Assembly (NCBI GenBank): GCA_050250935.1
Contig: JBFWNS010000001.1
Coordinates: 224,001-288,000 of the forward strand
DNA: 64,000 nucleotides
DNA from: Candidatus Margulisiibacteriota bacterium
Lineage (GTDB): Bacteria > Margulisbacteria > Marinamargulisbacteria > JBFWNS01
Direction of reading: 5' to 3'
This document shows, piece by piece, positions 46,398 through 55,733 of this stretch; position 1 is the first letter of the stretch; each line of letters starts with the position of its first letter. A program made the position numbers and the translations under genes. The notes below the pieces were generated by a model, which had not been told where the DNA came from, searched no databases, and saw only the letters and a list, made by a program, of their open reading frames with translations.

Positions 46398-46512
46398 AGA
46401 CTTACTGTAGATTAATTAGACGTTTTTGGAAATAGATTTTTTATTTTTATCATGACGCAATTAAAATTATGATGGATTGTGCAGGGCAGTCATCCTCGCC
46501 TATACTTGGGGA

Positions 46513-47463
46513 ATGATATCCTTTTTTAAACACATCAGTAGGGTGACTTTGATTGCGGTTTATGTGTTGATTTTGGTGGGCGGTATTGTTCGGGCCACAG
46601 GGTCTGGCATGGGCTGTCCAGACTGGCCGAAATGTTATGGTCGCTGGATGCCTCCGACTTCTGAATCGCAGTTACCCGCCAACTATCAGGCCCACTACAA
46701 AGCGCTGGGCATTCATGATGTTACGTTTAATGCCTTAAAAACCTGGACCGAGTACATCAACCGACTGATTGGGGTGGTCATTGGACTGCTGATTATCACC
46801 ACTTTTGTGGCCTCATTTGGCTATGTTAAAACCAAACCCTCAGTCACGGCCCTTAGCTTTTTGGGGGTGGCTTTGGTGGTGCTTCAGGGATGGCTGGGCG
46901 CCAAAGTGGTGGCCTCGAATTTGCATCCCATGGTTGTGACTTTGCACATGGGGTTGGCTTTGGTTTTGGTTGCTGTTTTGATTACGGCCCGCCAGCTGGC
47001 TCTGCCCCCCAAACCCGAAGCCATCGATCGGTTGGATTTTTTACGTCTTTTGGCTTTGATCAGCTTGGTCTTTACCTTTGGGCAACTGTTGTTGGGCACC
47101 CAAGTTCGCGAAGCCATCGATGGGATTGCCAAGGTTATGGGCGAATCCGAGCGCTCGGCCTGGGTTAGCCATTTGGGCAACCGCTTCGATCTGCACCGCT
47201 CTTTTTCTTGGATTATTGTTCTGGTGAACGGATTGCTGGCTTATCACATTCGGCAACAAGCGGTGGGAACCGGGCGTTTGGTGCGATTGGCCAAAGCCAT
47301 TTTGCTTGTGATTGGCGCCGAACTGGCCCTGGGCATGAGTTTGGCCTATTTGGGATTTCCGGCAGCGCTTCAGCCTTTGCACTTGTTGTTGGGCACACTG
47401 TTGTTTGGGTTGGTTTTTACGGTTGTTTTGACGTTAATTCAACTAAAAAAAGCCAACACCTAA
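46513..47463 (+). CDS. ctaA: Heme A synthase (COX15/CtaA)
   Basis: GGIVRATGSGMGCPDWPKC, EYINRLIG, LQGWLG, VTLHM, LHR, QPLHL. Confidence 0.92.
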   Translation: MISFFKHISRVTLIAVYVLILVGGIVRATGSGMGCPDWPKCYGRWMPPTSESQLPANYQAHYKALGIHDVTFNALKTWTEYINRLIGVVIGLLIITTFVASFGYVKTKPSVTALSFLGVALVVLQGWLGAKVVASNLHPMVVTLHMGLALVLVAVLITARQLALPPKPEAIDRLDFLRLLALISLVFTFGQLLLGTQVREAIDGIAKVMGESERSAWVSHLGNRFDLHRSFSWIIVLVNGLLAYHIRQQAVGTGRLVRLAKAILLVIGAELALGMSLAYLGFPAALQPLHLLLGTLLFGLVFTVVLTLIQLKKANT

Positions 47464-50400
47464 ACCGCCAAAACTTGCCCTGCCCCCAGCAATGCTTCGA
47501 GGTCCATCAAGAGGGTTTTGTCTTCGGAAACCCAAAACTTTTTGTGGGCCTGAACCACCGATTCGTTCACTTGAAAACACAGGGGAATACCGCCTCGGTT
47601 TTTAAGAACCAGCTCTCGAATGGCCAAAAATAGGGCCTTGTCTTCCACATGGGTTAAATCCAATGTGACTCGGGTTAAGGGACCTTGGTGGTCCATTAAG
47701 TGGATATCGTCCACCATCAGGGAAATTTCGTCTTGGTTTACCCGAACCCGCCCTTTCAACTGCACCAAATGGTCGTCTTGAAACAGGGGTGCCAGCTTTT
47801 CAAAGGATTCGCTATAAAACATAAACACGGGCATGCTGCCTCGAAAATCTTCCAAGGTGGCCATGACCATTTCTTTTTTGTTGCGGGTTAAAATGCGGCG
47901 ACATTCGGACAACATCCCCCCCATCACCACCGACTTATCGGCATCTTCGGGACGCAATTTATCGGTGCTATAGGGCAAGCGTTCGAGGCGGTCTCGAACC
48001 GTATCCAAGGGATGGCCAGAAATATAGAGCCCCAACAATTCTTTTTCCAACCGCAACAAATCGTGGGTGGATAGGGCCACAAAATCGGCGATTTCTTGGG
48101 GCTGTTGAAAAGCGGCGGCTGTGAAATCGCCAAACAACCCGATTTGACCATTGGCCCTTTCTTTGGCCTCGGTTTGGGCCCGTTCCAGTGACACTTCGTA
48201 TTGTCCCAGCAAGGCACCGCGGCTGCCGAATCCATCCATGGCCCCGGCCTTGATTAAACTTTCGATGACCCGTTTATTGACCTGTTTGAGATCGACTCGT
48301 TTGCAAAAATCGTCCAGGTTGGCATAGGGTTTATCTCGGCCCGACACAATGCTTTCGATGGCCCCTTCCCCAACGTTTTTGATGGCTCCCAACCCAAAGC
48401 GAATGGACCAAGTGTCCTCGGTTTTCAGAATGGTGAATCCTGATTCGGAGCTGTTCACATCGGGGGGGAGCACGGCAATGTTCATGCGTTTACATTCTTG
48501 AATGTACAACGAGGTTCTGTCCCCAGACCCCAAAATACTGGACAACAAGGCCGCCAAATATTCCACCGCAAAATGGGTTTTCAGATAGGCGGTTTGAAAG
48601 GAAATTAGGGCATAGGCCGCGCTGTGGGACTTGTTGAACCCGTATTCGGCAAACTTGTAGCAGAGGTCGAAAATTTTCTCGGCCTTGTCCAAGGGGGCCT
48701 GTTTGGTTTCGGCGCCGTCCATGAACTTGTCCCGCATTTTGTCCATTTCTTCTTTTTTCTTTTTACCCATGGCCCGGCGCAGGACGTCGGCTTCTCCCAA
48801 ACTGAAGCCGGCCACCACCGAGGCAATTTGCATGACCTGTTCTTGATAGACGATCAACCCATAGGTGTCTTTTAGAATCGGCTCGAGTTCTGGCAAATCG
48901 TATTTCACCTGGGTTTCCCCAGACTTGTTGGAAATAAAATCGCTAACCATGCCAGAGCCCAAAGGACCGGGTCGATACAGGGCCAACAAAGCAATAATGT
49001 CTTCAAAAACCCGGGGCTTCAGGTCTTTAATCAACCGCCGCATGCCCGAACTTTCCAATTGGAAAATCCCAGTGGTTTCGCCCGAACAGAGCATGTCGTA
49101 GGTGGCTGAATCGGTTAAATCAAGTTTATTCAAATCGATTTCAATCCCACGGTTTCGTTTGATGAGCTTGACTGCGTCGTCCATTACCGTCAGGTTTCGA
49201 AGGCCCAAAATATCCATTTTGAGTAGACCGATTTTTTCCAGATCCGTCATGGAATATTGGGTGACGGCTTGGCCTTCGTTGCGAATCAGAGGCACAACCG
49301 TGGACAAGGGATCTCTGGAAATGACCACCCCGGCCGCGTGCATCGAGGTATGTCTGGACAACCCTTCCAGCTGAGCCCCCACCTCGAGCAATCGTTGCAC
49401 TTGGGGATTTTGGTCCTGCATTTTTTTAAGTTCGGGGACTTGCTCCAGAGCTTCGGGAATGCTGGTGTATTGACCGGGACTGGAGGGAATCAGTTTGGCG
49501 ATATAGTCCACATCTTTAAGGGGGACATCGAGGGCCCGGCCCACGTCGCGGATGACGCCACGGGCAGCCATGGTTCCAAAGGTGGCAATTTGAGAGACAT
49601 GATCTGCCCCATATTTTTGAACAATATAGGCGATCACTTCGCCCCGACGCCGAATGCAAAAATCCAAATCAATATCGGGCATGGACACCCGCTCGGGATT
49701 CAGAAATCGCTCGAAGAGCAGGTTGTATTCGATGGGATCCACATTGGTAATGTCCAGGGCATAGGCCACGATCGAGCCCGCAGCAGATCCCCGGCCCGGC
49801 CCAACGGGAATGTCGTTTTGACGGCAGAAATTCAAGAAATCGTAGATGATTAAAAAATAGGGGGCGTATTGCATTTTGGTCATGATATCCAGCTCGAAGT
49901 TCGCCCGTTTTTCGAGTTCTGGGGTTAGGGTTCCGTATTTTTTGGCCAAGCCTTCCCAGACCAATTCGGCCATGTAAGCTTCTGGGGCCTTGCCGTCGGG
50001 ACATTCAAAACGGGGCAGTTTTACCTGTTCGGTTTCGAGTTTAAGGTTACAACGATCGGCAATTTTAATGGCATTTTCGTAGGCTTCTGGACAGTGGGGA
50101 AAGAGGGCGGCCATGGCTTCGGAGGACTTCAAATAATGCTCTTGGCTTTCGGCCAGTCTGGTGTTCTCATCCAATTTCCGACCGGTTTGAATGCAGTTCA
50201 AAATATCCCGCAAATAGGCCTGATCTTGTTTGAGATAATACACATCGTTGGTCAGAACCACAGGAATATCGAGTTCTTTGGACAACGCCAAAGTACCGTC
50301 GTTGATGATGTCTTCGTAGGGCAAATCCAATTTTTGAATGCCCAGATAAAACCGATCGCCAAACACCGCTTTGTAGCTTTGCAAAATGGCTTTGGCACGG

Positions 50401-50846
50401 TCTGTCTCCATCGACCGAAGCGCATAGCTGGCTGGGCCTCGGCCCCCTGGGGCAATCGCAATCAACCCTGTGTTTCGCTTGGCCAAATGGGCCAAATCGA
50501 TTCGGGGCTTGTAATAAAACCCCTCCAAATGCGCCGTTGTCACCAACTGAATCAGGCTTTGGTAGCCTTCGTAGTTTTCACAGAGCAAAATTAGCCGATC
50601 CAATCCCCGCTCTTTTTGGGTGATGTCGTCGGTGATGTACATCTCGCAGCCGATGATGGGCTTGATGCCTTTTTTCTGGGCTTCCAAATAGAACTGGATG
50701 CAACCAAACATGCTGCCATTGTCCGTCATGGCCACGGCTGGCATGCCCTGGGCTTTACAGGAATCGATCAGCTCGGCAATGCGTAGGGGGGCTTCCAGGA
50801 GCGAGTATTCGGTGTGGCAGTGAAGGTGGACAAAGGGCGATGACAT
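47460..50846 (-). CDS. dnaE: DNA polymerase III alpha subunit
   Basis: HLHCHTEYS, GPGRGSAAGS, FERFLNPERVSMPDIDLDF, YGFNKSHS. Confidence 0.98.
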   Translation of the reverse strand: MSSPFVHLHCHTEYSLLEAPLRIAELIDSCKAQGMPAVAMTDNGSMFGCIQFYLEAQKKGIKPIIGCEMYITDDITQKERGLDRLILLCENYEGYQSLIQLVTTAHLEGFYYKPRIDLAHLAKRNTGLIAIAPGGRGPASYALRSMETDRAKAILQSYKAVFGDRFYLGIQKLDLPYEDIINDGTLALSKELDIPVVLTNDVYYLKQDQAYLRDILNCIQTGRKLDENTRLAESQEHYLKSSEAMAALFPHCPEAYENAIKIADRCNLKLETEQVKLPRFECPDGKAPEAYMAELVWEGLAKKYGTLTPELEKRANFELDIMTKMQYAPYFLIIYDFLNFCRQNDIPVGPGRGSAAGSIVAYALDITNVDPIEYNLLFERFLNPERVSMPDIDLDFCIRRRGEVIAYIVQKYGADHVSQIATFGTMAARGVIRDVGRALDVPLKDVDYIAKLIPSSPGQYTSIPEALEQVPELKKMQDQNPQVQRLLEVGAQLEGLSRHTSMHAAGVVISRDPLSTVVPLIRNEGQAVTQYSMTDLEKIGLLKMDILGLRNLTVMDDAVKLIKRNRGIEIDLNKLDLTDSATYDMLCSGETTGIFQLESSGMRRLIKDLKPRVFEDIIALLALYRPGPLGSGMVSDFISNKSGETQVKYDLPELEPILKDTYGLIVYQEQVMQIASVVAGFSLGEADVLRRAMGKKKKEEMDKMRDKFMDGAETKQAPLDKAEKIFDLCYKFAEYGFNKSHSAAYALISFQTAYLKTHFAVEYLAALLSSILGSGDRTSLYIQECKRMNIAVLPPDVNSSESGFTILKTEDTWSIRFGLGAIKNVGEGAIESIVSGRDKPYANLDDFCKRVDLKQVNKRVIESLIKAGAMDGFGSRGALLGQYEVSLERAQTEAKERANGQIGLFGDFTAAAFQQPQEIADFVALSTHDLLRLEKELLGLYISGHPLDTVRDRLERLPYSTDKLRPEDADKSVVMGGMLSECRRILTRNKKEMVMATLEDFRGSMPVFMFYSESFEKLAPLFQDDHLVQLKGRVRVNQDEISLMVDDIHLMDHQGPLTRVTLDLTHVEDKALFLAIRELVLKNRGGIPLCFQVNESVVQAHKKFWVSEDKTLLMDLEALLGAGQVLAV

Positions 50847-50902
50847 AGGGGCCTAAGTTTAACACTAATGCCACCGAAATCACATCGTGTTATGCTAGCC
50901 CC

Positions 50903-53281
50903 ATGCAGCTGATTTTGACTGAAAAGCCCAGTGTGGCCCGAGACATTGCCCGCGTTTTAACTGTGGATCAGAAGCACGATGGTTTTTTTTCGGGGAACGG
51001 CTATTACATTTCTTGGGCTTTTGGCCATTTAATTAAACTCGCCGAACCCGAAACCTATCGGCCTGAATATGGCAACTGGAGCCTGGATGTACTGCCCATG
51101 ATCCCCGAAGCCTTCCAAATCGAACTCCAAGACAACCCCTCTAGCCAAAAACAATTTCACACCATTGCCAGTTTGATGAACAAAGATGATGTGGACACTG
51201 TCATCTGCGCCACCGACGCGGGGCGGGAAGGGGAGCTGATTTTTCGGCATATTTACACCAAAGCCGGTTGCGCCAAACCGATTTTACGCCTTTGGATTTC
51301 GTCCCAAACCGACCAGGCTATTCGCGAAGGATTTGCCTCGCTTAAAGACGGAACCCTGTACGATCCGCTTTACGATTCGGCCCGATGCCGCTCCGAGGCC
51401 GATTGGTTGGTGGGCTTGAATGCCACCCGGGCCTATACCATTAAATTTAGCAAGGGCAGTGGCATCATGAGTGTTGGGCGGGTGCAAACCCCAGTATTGA
51501 AGTTGATTGTGGACCGGTATCAAGCCAACATTAATTTTAAACCCGAAACGTATTTCGAGATCTCAGCCGAAATCGATCACCCCAACGGAACCTATCCAGG
51601 ACTTTGGATTAACGACGAAAAAGAAGCCCGTTTATTTGATGCAAACACCGCCAAGGCTTTGCATGAGGCCTTAAAACCTGGGGCACCAGGCACGGTGGCC
51701 GAGGCTCTGAACAAACAAAAAAAAGAAGCCCCGCCCTTGCTCTACGATTTAACCGAACTTCAAAAAGACGCCAACCGAAAATTTTCGTTTTCGGCCGAAC
51801 ATACCTTAACCACCCTGCAAGGGCTGTACGAACGCCATAAGCTGGTCACTTATCCCCGAACCTCGTCTCGGTATTTGTCCGACGATTTAAAGCCCAAAAT
51901 GGCCGAACGGGTTCAGCATTTGGCCGAATTACCTGACTATTCCGATTTGGCCCAGCCCCTCACCACAAAACCCCTGCCCTTTTCCAAGCGCTTTTTTAAT
52001 AACCAACAGGTTACCGACCACCATGCCATTATTCCCACCGAAAAAAAAGCCGTTATCTCCCAACTGTCCAGCGACGAATTAAAGCTTTACGATTTGATTG
52101 TTCGGCGGTTTTTGGCTTCGTTTTACCCGGATTGCGACAAAGACACAACCGAGATTATCACAAGTTTTGGGCCCCACCGCTTCCGCACGTTTGGGACCAT
52201 GATTACAAACCCCGGGTGGCGGGCCGTTTATGGCAACGATGCCGAAGACGAGGACGCCGATGCCCTACTGCCTGTGGTAAAAGCTGGGGACGCCGTTACG
52301 GGTAAAACCTTCGATTTAAACGAGAAAAAAACCAAAGCACCCCCCTTGTATACCGAAGCCTCGATTTTGGCGGCCATGGAAACCGCTGGCAAAACCATCG
52401 ACGACGAAGCCCTGCGCGAAGCCATGAAAAACTGCGGCTTGGGCACTCCGGCCACTCGGGCGCAAATTCTCGAGCGGTTGCTAACGGTCCAATACATCGT
52501 CCGAGAGAAAAAAAACCTGGTGCCCACCCCCAAGGGTATTCAATTGATTTCCTACATCCAAACCCCAGAACTGATGTCCGCCGAACTAACCGGCGGCTGG
52601 GAAAAAAAACTGAATGACATGGTTCAAAAAAACTACCAGCGGGAGACCTATATGAGCGAAATCAAAGCCTTCACCCAAGATCTGATTAACCAGGTTAAGG
52701 CCAGCACCACGGTGGCGGTTGGGGCCATCAAAGACAGTTTGGGCCCCTGCCCCAAATGCAGTGGGGCTGTGGTTGAAACCAAAATGGCCTATGGGTGTAG
52801 CCAATGGAAGGCCACGGAATGCAGCTTTAAAATTTGGAAAACCATTGCCGGCAAAGAGATCACCTCCAGCCAAGCCAAGGCGTTGCTCAAAACCAAAAAG
52901 TCGAAGGTGATTAAGGGCTTCAAAAGCAAAGAAGGCAAAACGTTCGAGGCCGCCTTGGCCATTACCGAAGCTGGGGATGTGGTGTTTGATTTTGCCGAAG
53001 CCAACGCCAAAAAGTCCCTGGGCACCTGCCCCATCTGTGGGGAGGGTCAAATTACCGAAACCCCCAAAGGATTTGGCTGCGACCAATGGCGAACCACCCA
53101 ATGTCGGTTTGTGATTTGGAAAGACATCGCTGGCAAAAAAATCGACGAAGCCATCGTCAAAACCCTGCTTAAAAAGGGCGAAACCGAGCTATTGGACGGC
53201 TTTAAAAGCAAGGCTGGAAAACCGTTTTCTGCCAAATTGATGTACAAAGACGGCCGGGTGGAATTCGTTTTTAACCCCTAG
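50903..53281 (+). CDS. topB: DNA topoisomerase III with C-terminal repeats
   Basis: TEKPSVA, ATDAGREGELI, SVGRVQTP, LVTYPRT, DHHAIIPT, GLGTPATRA, two CPxC...GFKSKxGK repeats. Confidence 0.95.
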   Translation: MQLILTEKPSVARDIARVLTVDQKHDGFFSGNGYYISWAFGHLIKLAEPETYRPEYGNWSLDVLPMIPEAFQIELQDNPSSQKQFHTIASLMNKDDVDTVICATDAGREGELIFRHIYTKAGCAKPILRLWISSQTDQAIREGFASLKDGTLYDPLYDSARCRSEADWLVGLNATRAYTIKFSKGSGIMSVGRVQTPVLKLIVDRYQANINFKPETYFEISAEIDHPNGTYPGLWINDEKEARLFDANTAKALHEALKPGAPGTVAEALNKQKKEAPPLLYDLTELQKDANRKFSFSAEHTLTTLQGLYERHKLVTYPRTSSRYLSDDLKPKMAERVQHLAELPDYSDLAQPLTTKPLPFSKRFFNNQQVTDHHAIIPTEKKAVISQLSSDELKLYDLIVRRFLASFYPDCDKDTTEIITSFGPHRFRTFGTMITNPGWRAVYGNDAEDEDADALLPVVKAGDAVTGKTFDLNEKKTKAPPLYTEASILAAMETAGKTIDDEALREAMKNCGLGTPATRAQILERLLTVQYIVREKKNLVPTPKGIQLISYIQTPELMSAELTGGWEKKLNDMVQKNYQRETYMSEIKAFTQDLINQVKASTTVAVGAIKDSLGPCPKCSGAVVETKMAYGCSQWKATECSFKIWKTIAGKEITSSQAKALLKTKKSKVIKGFKSKEGKTFEAALAITEAGDVVFDFAEANAKKSLGTCPICGEGQITETPKGFGCDQWRTTQCRFVIWKDIAGKKIDEAIVKTLLKKGETELLDGFKSKAGKPFSAKLMYKDGRVEFVFNP

Positions 53282-53304
53282 CTAACATCTGCACACCTTT
53301 TGCT

Positions 53305-54441
53305 TCATCTGCCACATAAAAACGAAACAAAGTTATCAGGATGCACGGTTTGAAAGGGTGCTGTAGGGTAGCCCTCTACCCAGGCTTTGGGTGGCTTGGC
53401 TTCCTTGTTTTTCCATTTAAATTCTACCGCTGAAATGGCTTGGTTATGGGTTTCAATATAATCGATTTCACTTTTGGCATAAGTACGCCAAAAATACATT
53501 TGTGCCGATGAATCCAAATATCCCAAGGTTTTTCGGCGTTCACTGAGCATAAAGTTTTCCCATAAAGGTCCTATATCCAGTCGTTGATCTAAAGGCGTAA
53601 AATCCCGCAAAACCGCATTGCGAATGCCGACATCTACAAAATAAATTTTATCCATCTTGCTTAATTCATTTCTTAAATTTCGGCTAAATCCAGGCAGCCG
53701 AAAAATAACAAAAGATTTCTCCAACAAGTCAATGTAATGGCCAACCGTTTCTTTACTAAGACCCAGCTGACGCCCTAATTCACTCAGCGATACTTCAGAC
53801 CCAATTTGATGGGCCAGCAACCGCAATAAAAGCTCCAATTGATTTGACTTCTTAAGACTCAACATTTCCAGAATATCTTTATACAAATAGGCCTCTGCCA
53901 AGTTACGCAACGTTCTTTCCTTAGCCACCCAGGCTGTTTGATTTAGAACATCGGGATAACTACCGTAGACCAATAAATGCGTCAGCTGATTGCGAAGTTC
54001 AAAGGGGGTAAACTGTTTTCTAAGCTCTAAAACAGACAAAGGATGCAAGGTGTAAGTCCACGATCGCCCTGTTAACGGTTCTTGAACCCGATTGGCCAGA
54101 TCAAAGGACGAAGAACCCGTCGCAATGACCCTAAAATCTGGTAATTCGTCATGAAGAAGCTTAAGGGTAAGGCCTATATTGGGAACGCGTTGGGCCTCAT
54201 CTATAAAAATGCCGTCATAGCCATCGATCAATCCGTTTAGCTGAACCAAATCACAAGAGGACAACACCCCATGATATTTGGTTTCATCTGCATTAATAGA
54301 CAAAAATTGTTTTGGAAATCGCTTCAAAATGGCTTTGATTAAGGTTGTTTTGCCAACTTGACGAGGCCCGTAAACAACAACTACTTTTTGGTTCTTTTCC
54401 AAATCATTTTCAATGGATTGAGCTAACTGACGATCATACAT
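53305..54441 (-). CDS. AAA+ ATPase with C-terminal DUF4143-like domain
   Basis: GPRQVGKTT, FIDEAQ, ATGSS, EPLTGR, GSYP, KIYFVDVG, FWRT..KSEIDY..AVEFKW. Confidence 0.92.
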   Translation of the reverse strand: MYDRQLAQSIENDLEKNQKVVVVYGPRQVGKTTLIKAILKRFPKQFLSINADETKYHGVLSSCDLVQLNGLIDGYDGIFIDEAQRVPNIGLTLKLLHDELPDFRVIATGSSSFDLANRVQEPLTGRSWTYTLHPLSVLELRKQFTPFELRNQLTHLLVYGSYPDVLNQTAWVAKERTLRNLAEAYLYKDILEMLSLKKSNQLELLLRLLAHQIGSEVSLSELGRQLGLSKETVGHYIDLLEKSFVIFRLPGFSRNLRNELSKMDKIYFVDVGIRNAVLRDFTPLDQRLDIGPLWENFMLSERRKTLGYLDSSAQMYFWRTYAKSEIDYIETHNQAISAVEFKWKNKEAKPPKAWVEGYPTAPFQTVHPDNFVSFLCGR

Positions 54442-54480
54442 ACCAAGAAGACTATCATTTTAGCTCAAAAATGGCAATTT

Positions 54481-54543
54481 TTATTCTCCGAATTTATATT
54501 AATTCAGAGATATTACTCTCCGAATTTATATTAATTCGGAGAG
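54481..54543. repeat. Two tandem palindromic units, period 32 bp
   Basis: TCTCCGAATTTATATTAATTC(A/G)GAGA at 54485-54510 and 54517-54542. Confidence 0.9.
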
Positions 54544-54549
54544 GCCTCC

Positions 54550-55614
54550 CTATCCCAAAAGTGGTTTTAGAATCTCGGCGATGGCTGTCTTTTTCCCCGC
54601 AACTTGGATGGGTCTTGATGAAATCTCGATGGCGCGATTGGGGTCTTTAAGACCGTGTCCTGTTAAAATCGAGACGATGGTTTGACCCTTTTCGAAGGCG
54701 TCGCGGTGTTGTTTGGCGTATTTGATCACCCCAGCCACGGAGGCCGCTGAAGCAGGTTCGCAGAAAACCCCATCGTGGGCAGCCAGCAATTGCTGGGCTT
54801 CGGTAATTTCCTCGTCGGTAACCAAATCGATCAGGCCACCGGAGGCGTCGCGGGCCTCTTCGGCTTGTTTCCAGCTGGCGGGGTTGCCAATGCGAATGGC
54901 GGTGGCGATGGTTTCGGGTTTTTCGATGGGATGTCCCATCACGATGGGGGCTGCCCCTGCTGCTTGGTAACCCATCATTTTGGGTAGGGTCGATTTGCCC
55001 AGGGCATTGTATTCTTTGTACCCTTTCCAATAGGCCGTAATGTTGCCGGCGTTGCCAACGGGAATAAAATGAAAATCGGGGGCTTTGCCCAGGGCATCCA
55101 CAATTTCAAAAGCCCCGGTTTTTTGCCCTTCAATGCGATAGGGGTTTACGGAATTTACTAGGGTGATGGGGTATTCAGCCGTGATTTCGCGAACCAAATC
55201 CAAGGCGTTGTCAAAATTGCCTTCGATTTGAAGCACCAAGGCGCCGTGCATCATAGCCTGGGCCAATTTCCCCAACGAAATTTTGCCTTCGGGAATAATC
55301 ACACAAGACGACATGCCGGCCTTGGCTGCATAGGCCGCAGCAGAAGCCGAGGTGTTGCCAGTGGAGGCACACATGACCATTCTGGCGCCTTCTTCTTTGG
55401 CTTTGGTAATGGCCATGGTCATGCCCCGGTCTTTAAAGGAACCGGTGGGATTTAGCCCTTCGAATTTGACATACCAATCGGCCGGAATGCCCAGATGCTT
55501 GGCCAAATTATTAATGGGAATTAAAGGGGTTTGCCCTTCGTGCAAGGAGACAATGGGGGTGGTGTCGGTCACGGGCAGAAAAGAACGGTAATGGTGAATA
55601 AGGCCTTTGTACAT
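54550..55614 (-). CDS. thrC: Threonine synthase
   Basis: [49 protein letters not shown]; start 55614 after GAAGGA. Confidence 0.96.
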   Translation of the reverse strand: MYKGLIHHYRSFLPVTDTTPIVSLHEGQTPLIPINNLAKHLGIPADWYVKFEGLNPTGSFKDRGMTMAITKAKEEGARMVMCASTGNTSASAAAYAAKAGMSSCVIIPEGKISLGKLAQAMMHGALVLQIEGNFDNALDLVREITAEYPITLVNSVNPYRIEGQKTGAFEIVDALGKAPDFHFIPVGNAGNITAYWKGYKEYNALGKSTLPKMMGYQAAGAAPIVMGHPIEKPETIATAIRIGNPASWKQAEEARDASGGLIDLVTDEEITEAQQLLAAHDGVFCEPASAASVAGVIKYAKQHRDAFEKGQTIVSILTGHGLKDPNRAIEISSRPIQVAGKKTAIAEILKPLLG

Positions 55615-55733
55615 GGCAATTTCCTTCAAACGCAAAGATTAAGTTTTCCCCAACTATACATGAGAGCCCGAGTGCATGTGTAGGGTTTTGGTCACTTTAA
55701 CAAAAGTCTTGCTCGCGCTATCATGGTCAGACT

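Noticed and set aside
46210..46410. The structured region as RNase P RNA, c-di-AMP riboswitch, tmRNA or SRP RNA
   Set aside because: GGGAAGTCCATG and CCGTCAG on the plus strand only superficially resemble RNase P and ydaO motifs. Partner motifs, tRNA-like ends and the SRP GGAAGCAGC loop are missing, and G-U pairs favour the minus strand.
47460..50846. Split or intein-containing dnaE as in Cyanobacteria
   Set aside because: Continuous 1128-aa ORF with YGFNKSH uninterrupted and no intein motifs.
54481..54543. Palindromic direct repeats as a CRISPR array
   Set aside because: Only two units separated by 6 nt, no spacer-length unique sequence and no cas genes.
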